Source: Methanobacteriota archaeon (GTDB taxonomy: Archaea; Halobacteriota; Bog-38; Methanoflorentales; Methanoflorentaceae). Taken from it: 64,000 bases of DNA. The position numbers were made by a program, and so were the translations under genes. Positions 56,168 through 64,000 of the stretch are shown here, piece after piece. Below the pieces are notes generated by a model. That model saw nothing but the letters and a program-made list of their open reading frames with translations, was not told where the DNA came from and did not search any database. Within the stretch, counting starts at the first letter, position 1, and the number at the start of each line of letters is the position of its first letter. Location: positions 145,604 through 209,603 of the forward strand of contig CAWDSY010000007.1 in NCBI GenBank assembly GCA_963805115.1, written 5' to 3'.

Positions 56168-57268
56168 ATGGCCGTAAAAGTTGCAATAAATGGTTATGGA
56201 AACATCGGTAAGCGGGTTGCAGACGCAGTAGCGAAGCAGGATGACATGAAGCTAGTCGGAGTGGCAAAAACGCGGCCAAATTTTGAAGCCTTTGTCGCAG
56301 TTCAGAAGGGGTACACCCTCTATGCATCTGAAGAGGACAAGATAGCCGCTTTTAATGCCGCAGGCTTGGAGGTCGCTGGCACGACGATGGACATGCTAGG
56401 CGAAGCTGACGTTGTTGTGGATGCGACCCCGGAAGGAATGGGTGCGCAGAACCTGGAAGCGATCTATAAGAAGCTAGGCATCAAGGCTATATTTGAAGGC
56501 GGGGAGAAACATAACGCGATTGGAGCGTCATTCAACGCCTACTGCAACTATCAGGAAGCCCTTGGCAAGAGTTACGTTCGGGTCGTATCATGCAATACGA
56601 CCGGATTGTGTCGCTCTCTGTCCGCGATAGATAACGTCGCCGGCATTAAGAAGGCGCGAGTCGTCCTGGTGCGCAGGGGTGCTGACCCTATACAAGTCAA
56701 GAAAGGGCCGATAAACGCGATTATTCCAAATCCGCCTACGGTTCCGTCGCACCACGGCCCAGATGTGAATACCGTGATGCCAGGGTGGGACGTCGCGACG
56801 ATAGCAGTGCTTGTCCCGACAACGCTTATGCACCAGCATAACCTTATGATCGAAGTAGAAAACAGCGTCTCTCGTGAAGATGTACTCAGGGAGTTTTATA
56901 GCCACATGAGGCTGATGTTGGTGCGGGCAGGAGATGGTCTAGGCTCTACCGCGGAGATCATCGAGTTAAGCCGAGACCTTGGAAGGCCTCGTTATGACCT
57001 CTGGGAGATCCCAATTTGGGAAGAAAGCGTTAACGTCGTGGGCAAAGAGGTATTCTACATGCAGGCCGTTCATCAAGAGGCCGACATAATTTTAGACAAT
57101 ATCGATTGCATTAGGGCGGTCACGGAGACTGAAAAAGATCCACAAGCGTCGATTCGAAAAACTGACAAAGCAATGGGAGTTATGGGTTCTTTTAGGCCGC
57201 CGCTGTGCCTCGAGGACAATCCCGAGGAGCTTCGCGAAATTCACCGCAAGTTGTGGGGGATCGAATAA
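56168..57268 (+). CDS. gap: Glyceraldehyde-3-phosphate dehydrogenase, archaeal type II
   Basis: [29 protein letters not shown] catalytic Cys motif and PSHHGPDV. About a 30-aa C-terminal extension. Confidence 0.9.
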   Translation: MAVKVAINGYGNIGKRVADAVAKQDDMKLVGVAKTRPNFEAFVAVQKGYTLYASEEDKIAAFNAAGLEVAGTTMDMLGEADVVVDATPEGMGAQNLEAIYKKLGIKAIFEGGEKHNAIGASFNAYCNYQEALGKSYVRVVSCNTTGLCRSLSAIDNVAGIKKARVVLVRRGADPIQVKKGPINAIIPNPPTVPSHHGPDVNTVMPGWDVATIAVLVPTTLMHQHNLMIEVENSVSREDVLREFYSHMRLMLVRAGDGLGSTAEIIELSRDLGRPRYDLWEIPIWEESVNVVGKEVFYMQAVHQEADIILDNIDCIRAVTETEKDPQASIRKTDKAMGVMGSFRPPLCLEDNPEELREIHRKLWGIE

Positions 57269-57710
57269 CCCGCAAAAAAGCCGTTGATACGCGAAAAACG
57301 CACACAGAGGGCGAAACGCGCGCCTGCGCTGCAGTCGAAGCGAACGCTTCGTTGCTTTGGTGGGTTTGTAACGCTCAACGAGATGGGCTTCTGGCAAGAC
57401 GTCCTTCGAGTCGACACCAGTATGCTCGTCGATCGAAAACTTGAAAATCTCCAAATCGAAGCGCATTGAAGCGATCTGGGATAACGCCACGGAACGTGTC
57501 GGTAGGGAAACAAAAGTCGCGATGATCGCGCACTACGGCCATTCGAGAGACTCTCTTCCCTCGATCAGCACACATCCGTGTTCAGGAACCATTCGGCGGG
57601 CCGCCCAACAGAGACTCGCTGAGAATAACGCCGAGCCCGTTTGACGGCATCCGAGTAATGAGTTCGATAGTTTGATATCGTCCGAGATAGCGGCGGAATG
57701 AAGTGAAAAA

Positions 57711-58508
57711 ATGAAGTATACGCAGTTGGATATCGCCCCGACCATCAGCTCACTGTTAGGATTCGACATCCCCGACAAAGACGGGAGCGAGATCAAAGAG
57801 ATCAGTGCGTACTGCGCGGACAAGAATATTGATCAAATACTGCTCATAGTCGTAGACGGTGTCGGGGCCGCGCTGTACAAGAAATTGGACGGTGTTCTGG
57901 CGCAGTTGCAGGCCCTCTCGGACGACGGTCTCTTTTTTGAGATCCATTCGCTGCCTCCTAGGATAACGACTCCAAATATCGGCACTATCTTGACGGGCTA
58001 TAGTCCGGAGCATCACCTTCTGTATGAAGTAGCTGATACCTTTTATACACCGGTTAGGTCGATTCTTGAGATTGCAAGCGATAGCGGAATCAAGTCGGGC
58101 ATAGTGATTGAGCTGCTGGGGGCGAAAGCGATGCTAAATCGAGTCGATCTCGCCATTGGTGTGGAAAACCTTCACGGGATTATTGATTACGATCGAAGGA
58201 TAACCGATCTGGCACTTAAGGCGTTCAGTTTGGAAGGAATAAGGTTACTGATGATACATCTGCGGGCAATCGATAACTGCGCACACCACTACGCGAAAGC
58301 GTGGGATGATCTTGCTTTTTCAGCACAAACGATCAATGAGAATTTGGAGCGGATCTGTCGCGGCTTGTGCCGGCCGACGTTGATTCTAGCAACCTCCGAC
58401 CATCCTATCCACGTCGAAAAATGGGCGCACCTTGAAGACAATAACACTGACGTTCCACTTATTGCCAGCTATGTGAACGTAGCTAGCGGCCCAAAAAAAG
58501 GAGAATAA
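57711..58508 (+). CDS. Alkaline-phosphatase-superfamily protein (type I phosphodiesterase / nucleotide pyrophosphatase-like)
   Basis: LLIVVDGVGA, PPRITTPNIGTILTGYSPEHH and TSDHP metal-site motifs. Unusual N-terminal LDIAPTISSLLGFDIP segment. Confidence 0.65.
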   Translation: MKYTQLDIAPTISSLLGFDIPDKDGSEIKEISAYCADKNIDQILLIVVDGVGAALYKKLDGVLAQLQALSDDGLFFEIHSLPPRITTPNIGTILTGYSPEHHLLYEVADTFYTPVRSILEIASDSGIKSGIVIELLGAKAMLNRVDLAIGVENLHGIIDYDRRITDLALKAFSLEGIRLLMIHLRAIDNCAHHYAKAWDDLAFSAQTINENLERICRGLCRPTLILATSDHPIHVEKWAHLEDNNTDVPLIASYVNVASGPKKGE

Positions 58509-58583
58509 GCCCCGACGTTCTATGTTGGCCTCCGCCGACGTCATAGTTAAGTCTATCAATCTCTGGTTCACAAGAGTTAGACG

Positions 58584-59444
58584 ATGAAAGACAGACACGT
58601 CATGGAAGCTATGGGAAAAGCTTACGTCGTGGTTGAAGACGGACGCGTGGTCGAGGTTGGAGAACCGCTAATCGAACGGTGTCCAATTTTTGCAAAGGCG
58701 CGCGGCATTGAACAGATTAGTCAAGAGGTAGTAAAGCAGAATATCGAGTTCCGGATTCGCGATTTTGGTATGTGTACAGGCGAGCGGGCCATCGAGATGG
58801 AGGTTTTTGTTGGCTTTGGCGCGTCTGAAGTAATGATGACTGGACTCCGGCGGGGTTTGATTGACGCTAGCGTCTCGGTTTGTGAGGGTGTAGGCACCGT
58901 CATCACGTCCAGTCCTACCCTCACTCAAGGAATTGGAGCGCGGATTTCCGGCGTCATAGAAACGACCCTGATTCCGAAGCTGAAGAATCGAGTCGAGGAA
59001 AAAGGAGGAATTCTGCTAGATGGGAACAACGCCATTATTAATCAGCCTTTGGGCGTTGCCCGCGCTATAGAAATGGGTTTCGAGTGCGTGGCTGTCACCG
59101 TTGCGACGCTTTCTGACGCTCAGCAATGTCGCCTTATCGAGCGCGAAACGGGCGCCACCGTAGTTGTCATCGGCGTGCACGTAACAGGAATGGAACAGGA
59201 CGTCGCGAGCGATTTCATAGACGCGGTGGACATAACTACGGGCTGTGCGTCGCGAGTGATCAGAGAAACTGTCGGCAACAAAGCGCTCGCACAAGTTGGA
59301 ACTGGGGTGCCGCTGTTCGCCTTGTCGCAAAAGGGAAAAGAGCTGTTGCTCGAGAGAGCCAAGGAAGTCACGACCCCGATCCTCATCAACACGATGAAAC
59401 TGCCGGTCCTGCCAGAAGATAAGCAACCAAGGCCTTTGATATGA
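58584..59444 (+). CDS. DUF2099 family protein (methanogenesis-marker-8-like)
   Basis: 286 aa. VVEVGEPLIERCPIF, FGASEVMMTGL and CEGVGTVI resemble the archaeal DUF2099 family (recalled, not searched). Confidence 0.55.
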   Translation: MKDRHVMEAMGKAYVVVEDGRVVEVGEPLIERCPIFAKARGIEQISQEVVKQNIEFRIRDFGMCTGERAIEMEVFVGFGASEVMMTGLRRGLIDASVSVCEGVGTVITSSPTLTQGIGARISGVIETTLIPKLKNRVEEKGGILLDGNNAIINQPLGVARAIEMGFECVAVTVATLSDAQQCRLIERETGATVVVIGVHVTGMEQDVASDFIDAVDITTGCASRVIRETVGNKALAQVGTGVPLFALSQKGKELLLERAKEVTTPILINTMKLPVLPEDKQPRPLI

Positions 59445-59453
59445 GGGTATCCT

Positions 59454-60626
59454 GTGGACTATGAGTACGGCATCAATACGAAGTTGGTGCACGCCGGAGA
59501 ACGTCCATCTCCCGACACCTGCGCGCTAGCACCGCCGATTTACCAAACGTCGAGCTTCGCAATAGACGAGATCCTTCCATCGGGAATAAAACGCGGAAAG
59601 TACGTCTATTCCCGGCTTTCAAATCCCACACTCACTGCATTAGAACTTAAAATGGCGGCCGTTGAGGGGGGCGATGCTGCGGTCAGTTTCGCCACAGGGA
59701 TGGGGGCCATTTCGGCAATAATGCTTACGCTGCTTAAATGCGGCGATCATCTTATCGCTGATCAAGTGCTCTACGGCAGCACCTATGACCTTTTAAAAAG
59801 AGGCGCTCCACGCCTCGGCTTTGAGGTAAGCTTTGTCGACGCCTCTAATCCTGAAAATGTAGCAGAGGCCGTACGAGACAACACGAAACTTGTTTTTTTT
59901 GAAACCCCGGCTAACCCGACGCTAAAGTTAGTGGACATTCATAAAGTCGCGGCAGTCGCATCAGAAAATAGACTCAAAACGATCGTCGACAACACCTTCC
60001 TAACTCCCTACTACCAAAAACCCCTAGAACTAGGGGCCGATATTGTCGTGCACAGCGCGACGAAATACTTGAATGGGCACGGCGACGCATTAGGGGGGGT
60101 AGTTATCTCATCTTATGAAGAAGCAGTCACAATCAGGAAGGGGGTGTTGCGCGATATGGGCGCCGCACTTAGTCCTTTCAACGCCTTTCTTATCTTGCGC
60201 GGACTTCGCACGTTAGCAGTAAGGATGGAGCGTCACGCACAGAACGCGACTGAGCTCGCTGCTTTCTTGAAAGCGCATAAGGCCGTTAAGCAGGTTCTTT
60301 ATCCCGCATTCGACCGAAACTTCGAGAACAATCCTAATCTGAAGAAACAAATGGCAGGCTTTGGAGGAATGCTAGCATTTAGGATTCGCGGAGGAGTTGA
60401 GTCAGCGGTGACTTTTTTGAACACTCTCAAACTGTGCACGGTTGCGGTGAGTCTCGGCGACACCGCGACTCTGATCGAGCATCCGGGACTTATGACTCAC
60501 GCAGTTATTCCCAAGGAAGAGAGAGAAATGCTCGGAATCACGGATGACCTTATACGCGTGTCTGCTGGGCTTGAAGATGTTGCGGACATCAAGGCAGACT
60601 TGGAACAAGCGCTCGATGCGATTTAG
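59454..60626 (+). CDS. Cys/Met-metabolism PLP enzyme (O-acetylhomoserine sulfhydrylase / cystathionine gamma-synthase / methionine gamma-lyase family)
   Basis: 390 aa with YSRLSNPT and the PLP-lysine motif HSATKYLNGHGD. GTG start. Confidence 0.85.
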   Translation: MDYEYGINTKLVHAGERPSPDTCALAPPIYQTSSFAIDEILPSGIKRGKYVYSRLSNPTLTALELKMAAVEGGDAAVSFATGMGAISAIMLTLLKCGDHLIADQVLYGSTYDLLKRGAPRLGFEVSFVDASNPENVAEAVRDNTKLVFFETPANPTLKLVDIHKVAAVASENRLKTIVDNTFLTPYYQKPLELGADIVVHSATKYLNGHGDALGGVVISSYEEAVTIRKGVLRDMGAALSPFNAFLILRGLRTLAVRMERHAQNATELAAFLKAHKAVKQVLYPAFDRNFENNPNLKKQMAGFGGMLAFRIRGGVESAVTFLNTLKLCTVAVSLGDTATLIEHPGLMTHAVIPKEEREMLGITDDLIRVSAGLEDVADIKADLEQALDAI

Positions 60627-60642
60627 TGCGTCTCTAAACGTG

Positions 60643-62142
60643 TTAACTCCCGTCACCTGCTGCTTCTCTAAATCGGGCTATTACGAATTCTGGATCGAGA
60701 GTGGCCAAAAACCATCCTGCCCGGGGCCCCGACGTTTTTGCGAGGAGCGAAATGTATATCGCTTTAAATGCCTCTTTCGAGTGAATCCCCACTTGTTCGC
60801 TGATGTTGTAGACTTCATTGTGCAACCACTCAGGATCCTTGCTGTCCGTCTCGAGTGCCTTCGCCAGCTTGTCTAATGCTTTTTTCTGTCCCGCTGTGAG
60901 CGTTTTGACTTGGATTGGAAGCGTGCGCTGAACCTCAAACTTCACAAACGGCGGTGCAAAACGATCGAGCCAGTTTCTTACGTTCTGCGCTCTTCTTCTT
61001 AGGGCGGTCGTGTCGGTAGTTTCGTAGCCGCTTCGACGAAGAACTTCTACCAGCTCGTCGCAGTTGTGTGCGATTTGAACCGCCGTCACCATGTGTCTAA
61101 ACGGCACGTTGCACCCCTGCTCAGAGATTCGAGATAGCTCAAAAGCGCGACCTTCGCCGCGATCAAATTCATCAACCAACGTCAACAGCCCTAGACCCGG
61201 ATCGAAATCGATGAGTTTCTCTGGCTTTGTTTTTATGATCATATATCGCAAGACGTCGGCAGGCGCGCTCTCTAGCATCTCCTGAATGCTAATAGTCACG
61301 CCTTTGGAGCTCGACATCTTGCCACGTCCTTTGAGGTGGATGTGACCATAAGGAACCGGAACGGGGGGGGCATACCCGTACACCTCTCTTGAGATACGCT
61401 GGCCAGTATCGTAGGAGCCCCCTGCGACAGCGTGGTCTTTGCCAAAGGGCTCAATAGTCACGCCTAGAATTTTCCAGCGTGCTGGCCAGTCGACGCGCCA
61501 GGCAAGTTTGCCTTGTCCACTTGAGTAATCAGCAACTCCTTCGGCGCCGCAGTCGCATCTATATCGTACAGCACTGCGCGCAGGAACGTGCTCAATGATT
61601 TGTGCCGCACTGATTCGCCGGCAGCGCTCGCAAAGTGGGTTATACGGACTCCAGCCCACAGGTAGTTTTCTCTTTGAAACGCTCTCAATTATGTCGGCGA
61701 TCAGATTGTGCTGTTCGAGCGCGATTTTCGTCGCCTTTGTATAGAGTCCTTCTTTGTACATCCTGTCTGCTCGATAGACTTCAAGAGCAATATCTAATTC
61801 ACCTAGCGATTCTGAGAAAGGCTTGAGATAGTGCTCAGCATAGCTCGAACAGCAGCCAAAAGGATCAGGTATTTCTGACAACGGCATGCCGACGTATTTT
61901 TTGTAAGCGGCTGGCAAGAAAGGGTAGACCGTTCGAAGAGGGTCGTACGTATCAGCGATGTATATAAGCCGAGCGGTTTTTTCCGCGTCCCCAATAGCTC
62001 TGAAAATAGCGTCGCCAGTCACTACTTCTCGCATATTACCGACGTGAATGTTGCCGGAGGGAGTTATTCCTGTAGCTATGACTTGCTGCCCTTCAACGGC
62101 GCGTGCAACGACGTCCGCCCAGTGAATGTGTGCTTCTTCCAT
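60643..62142 (-). CDS. lysK: Lysyl-tRNA synthetase, class I
   Basis: GITPSGNIHVGNMRE (HIGH-like) and GKMSSSKG (KMSKS) motifs, 499 aa, archaeal class I architecture. Confidence 0.9.
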   Translation of the reverse strand: MEEAHIHWADVVARAVEGQQVIATGITPSGNIHVGNMREVVTGDAIFRAIGDAEKTARLIYIADTYDPLRTVYPFLPAAYKKYVGMPLSEIPDPFGCCSSYAEHYLKPFSESLGELDIALEVYRADRMYKEGLYTKATKIALEQHNLIADIIESVSKRKLPVGWSPYNPLCERCRRISAAQIIEHVPARSAVRYRCDCGAEGVADYSSGQGKLAWRVDWPARWKILGVTIEPFGKDHAVAGGSYDTGQRISREVYGYAPPVPVPYGHIHLKGRGKMSSSKGVTISIQEMLESAPADVLRYMIIKTKPEKLIDFDPGLGLLTLVDEFDRGEGRAFELSRISEQGCNVPFRHMVTAVQIAHNCDELVEVLRRSGYETTDTTALRRRAQNVRNWLDRFAPPFVKFEVQRTLPIQVKTLTAGQKKALDKLAKALETDSKDPEWLHNEVYNISEQVGIHSKEAFKAIYISLLAKTSGPRAGWFLATLDPEFVIARFREAAGDGS

Positions 62143-62306
62143 CTTTTATGCAGGAAGCAGAGCTTTTTCTTTAAGTCAATTGCGCTCGCTGCGTCAATCG
62201 CCGCCTTTTCCCATACTCGGTGGTCGACAAAAACGTCAAGTCTCTTCTGAGCGTGTCAAATCCGCCAGTCAGTAATCCTTTTGGAGCGCCACGTGCGAAT
62301 TGTAGA

Positions 62307-62618
62307 TCACAAAGTCTCTTCGTGAATCCAGTCGAGATACGCTGGCGATCCCGATTCTATCGTGAAAGAGATAATGCAAGGGTTCTCGTAGCTGTGCAAC
62401 TGCCGCACTCTGGCAGTAACCTTGTCGACTAGTGAAGACTTGGTCTTAATCGACAATGCATACTCATCATCTTCTTCGATGCTTCCCTTCCATCTGTACA
62501 GTGACTTGATCGGGTAAATGTTCACGCAAGCCCCTAGCTTTTCTTCGACTATTGCGCGGGCGATGCCCTTTGCCTCCTTTAGAGTTGCTGCAGTTACGTA
62601 TATGTCAGAGAACATCAT
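62307..62618 (-). CDS. cutA: Divalent-cation tolerance protein CutA
   Basis: 103 aa with EEKLGACVNIYPIKSLYRWKGSIEEDDEYALSIKT...HSYENP. Confidence 0.85.
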   Translation of the reverse strand: MMFSDIYVTAATLKEAKGIARAIVEEKLGACVNIYPIKSLYRWKGSIEEDDEYALSIKTKSSLVDKVTARVRQLHSYENPCIISFTIESGSPAYLDWIHEETL

Positions 62619-62642
62619 GAGACCAGTTAAGGTGAAAGCCGC

Positions 62643-63980
62643 TTGGATTATTATACTCTTGCATTAGTGATCTTCGCAGCTTATTGGCTTCTCGTGATAT
62701 TTCTGAACAGCCGAGGCATCCTAGCGCGACACGGCGTTAGCGCTTACGGTCCTATTCTAATGCTCCGGACAACGCAGGGCTTGCGTTTGCTTGACAAGTT
62801 AGCGCGTCCAAAACGGTTCTGGAGGTTTTTTGCGAACATCGGCATTCCCTTGACCGTTGTTGCTATGTTCTTCATGTTGGCCATCCTCGTTGTTGGTGAC
62901 GTCAGGATCTTGGTCACACAGCCCGCGCCCACCGCTTTGAACGCTCCACAAAACGTGTTGCTTCTTCCCGGAATAAATCAATTCATTCCGTTAACGTGGG
63001 GACTCATCGGCTTGATAGTCACACTGGTGGTTCATGAGCTCTCACACGCAATCTTGAGCAGAGTGGCCGACATCAAAGTGAAATCACTTGGTCTACTCAT
63101 CGCGCTAGTGCCGATCGGAGCTTTCGCAGAGCCTGACGAATCGCAACTGCTTGGGATAGACGCTAAACATGGCCAAAAAATTGCTACGCGTCCAGAACGG
63201 CTTAGGGTTTTCAGCGCCGGTATAACAGGAAACTTCGCCGTCGCACTCATAGCGCTCATGCTATTTTTCGGCCCGGTGCTATCATCTGTAACGGCAACAA
63301 ACGGCCTTGGGGTGGTATCGGTTGTGTCTGGATCACCCGCGGAACAAGCGGGCCTGCAACCGGGTATGACCATCTCTCAGATCGATGGCATTACGATCTC
63401 TGACACGAACGACTTTCAAGCATTCATGAACGCGACCCACCCAGGGCAGATCGTTACTGTGAAAGCGATAGATCAGGGAACTCCCAAGACCTTCGGCATC
63501 GTTTTAGCCAAGAATCCCAACTCCGACAAGGGGTTTCTGGGCATCGGAGGAGGGTCAGCGTCAGAACTCCTCACTTTCCTTAAGGGGGTCCCGAGTAACC
63601 TCAATACTTTTCAAGGGTGGGGCGTCCTTATAGGTCTGCCTTTGCTCCTTTTTGGCGGCTTTACAGGCAATATCGCGCACCTCTACCAGCCTATCGGGTG
63701 GGCGGCCCCGCTTGGGAACGGCTTTTTTTGGATAGCAAACACTCTCCTTTGGGTGGGGTGGCTAAACTTCTACGTAGGGCTCTTCAACTGCCTTCCTGCA
63801 GTCCCCTTGGATGGCGGACACATCTTCAGGGAACTCTTTAAGTCGCTCACCGAAAAGCTCCTGCGAAATGCCAAAGATCAAGAACGGGTCACAAGCGCAC
63901 TCGTGACGACGCTCGGCGCCGTTATACTTGCCTCTTTCTTGATCCTGCTGATCGGTCCCTATGTCTTTGGCACATTTTAA
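62643..63980 (+). CDS. Site-2 protease (peptidase M50) with a PDZ domain
   Basis: 445 aa, polytopic, with a HELSHAIL zinc motif, an internal PDZ-like segment (GSPAEQAGLQPGMTISQIDG) and NCLPAVPLDGGH. TTG start. Confidence 0.8.
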   Translation: MDYYTLALVIFAAYWLLVIFLNSRGILARHGVSAYGPILMLRTTQGLRLLDKLARPKRFWRFFANIGIPLTVVAMFFMLAILVVGDVRILVTQPAPTALNAPQNVLLLPGINQFIPLTWGLIGLIVTLVVHELSHAILSRVADIKVKSLGLLIALVPIGAFAEPDESQLLGIDAKHGQKIATRPERLRVFSAGITGNFAVALIALMLFFGPVLSSVTATNGLGVVSVVSGSPAEQAGLQPGMTISQIDGITISDTNDFQAFMNATHPGQIVTVKAIDQGTPKTFGIVLAKNPNSDKGFLGIGGGSASELLTFLKGVPSNLNTFQGWGVLIGLPLLLFGGFTGNIAHLYQPIGWAAPLGNGFFWIANTLLWVGWLNFYVGLFNCLPAVPLDGGHIFRELFKSLTEKLLRNAKDQERVTSALVTTLGAVILASFLILLIGPYVFGTF

Positions 63981-64000
63981 GACTCTACGCGCGCTTCAAG

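Noticed and set aside
57269-57710. A 440-nt gap after gap as a decayed alkaline-phosphatase-family gene or an ncRNA
   Set aside because: Short ORFs overlap in all frames. Fragments such as ..RRMVPEHGC.. are only vaguely sulfatase-like, and I could not build a consistent alignment or any RNA motif.

Overview
Archaeal (euryarchaeal-type) chromosomal window. The two flanks, about 1-15.1 kb and 39.8-64 kb, are core housekeeping DNA. They carry split glutamate synthase parts, RPA plus its partner, RNase P RNA, AMMECR1, pyrC, topoisomerase VI A/B, tRNA-Leu and a candidate C/D box sRNA. They also carry riboflavin genes (ribL, ribH, ribC), aminotransferases, purE, thiC, a MetE-like enzyme, Trm5, NMD3, MCM and a pssA-psd-archaeosortase cluster. 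The remaining core genes are TFS, MTAP, a PRTase, phosphopantothenate synthetase, Nre, type II GAPDH, class I LysRS, CutA and an M50 protease. Between the flanks lies a roughly 24 kb accessory block (about 15.1-39.8 kb) with many decayed genes. Its most unusual feature is a 250-330 bp module present three times in the same orientation, at 17.9, 22.4 and 39.5 kb. Each copy is an ORF start that runs into the anticodon arm of a tRNA-Val(CAC). Copy A continues through a complete tRNA 3-prime half, which resembles an SSV-type integrase int(N)/att junction. Copies B and C are decayed and break at the same nucleotide. The modules partition a cargo of a MacB-type ABC transporter, DUF169, a glycosyltransferase, an SDR and a composite arsenic/thiol-redox island. 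That island holds arsM, acr3 plus an acr3 remnant, arsR, arsC, CcdA/TlpA/thioredoxin-like genes and DGC/HEAT/Fe-S-domain proteins. A 9-4-9 palindrome recurs three times within it. No CRISPR array, rRNA or intact transposase was seen. All calls come from reading the sequence and ORF translations by eye. RNA and repeat coordinates may be off by a few nt, and the frameshifts could be assembly errors.
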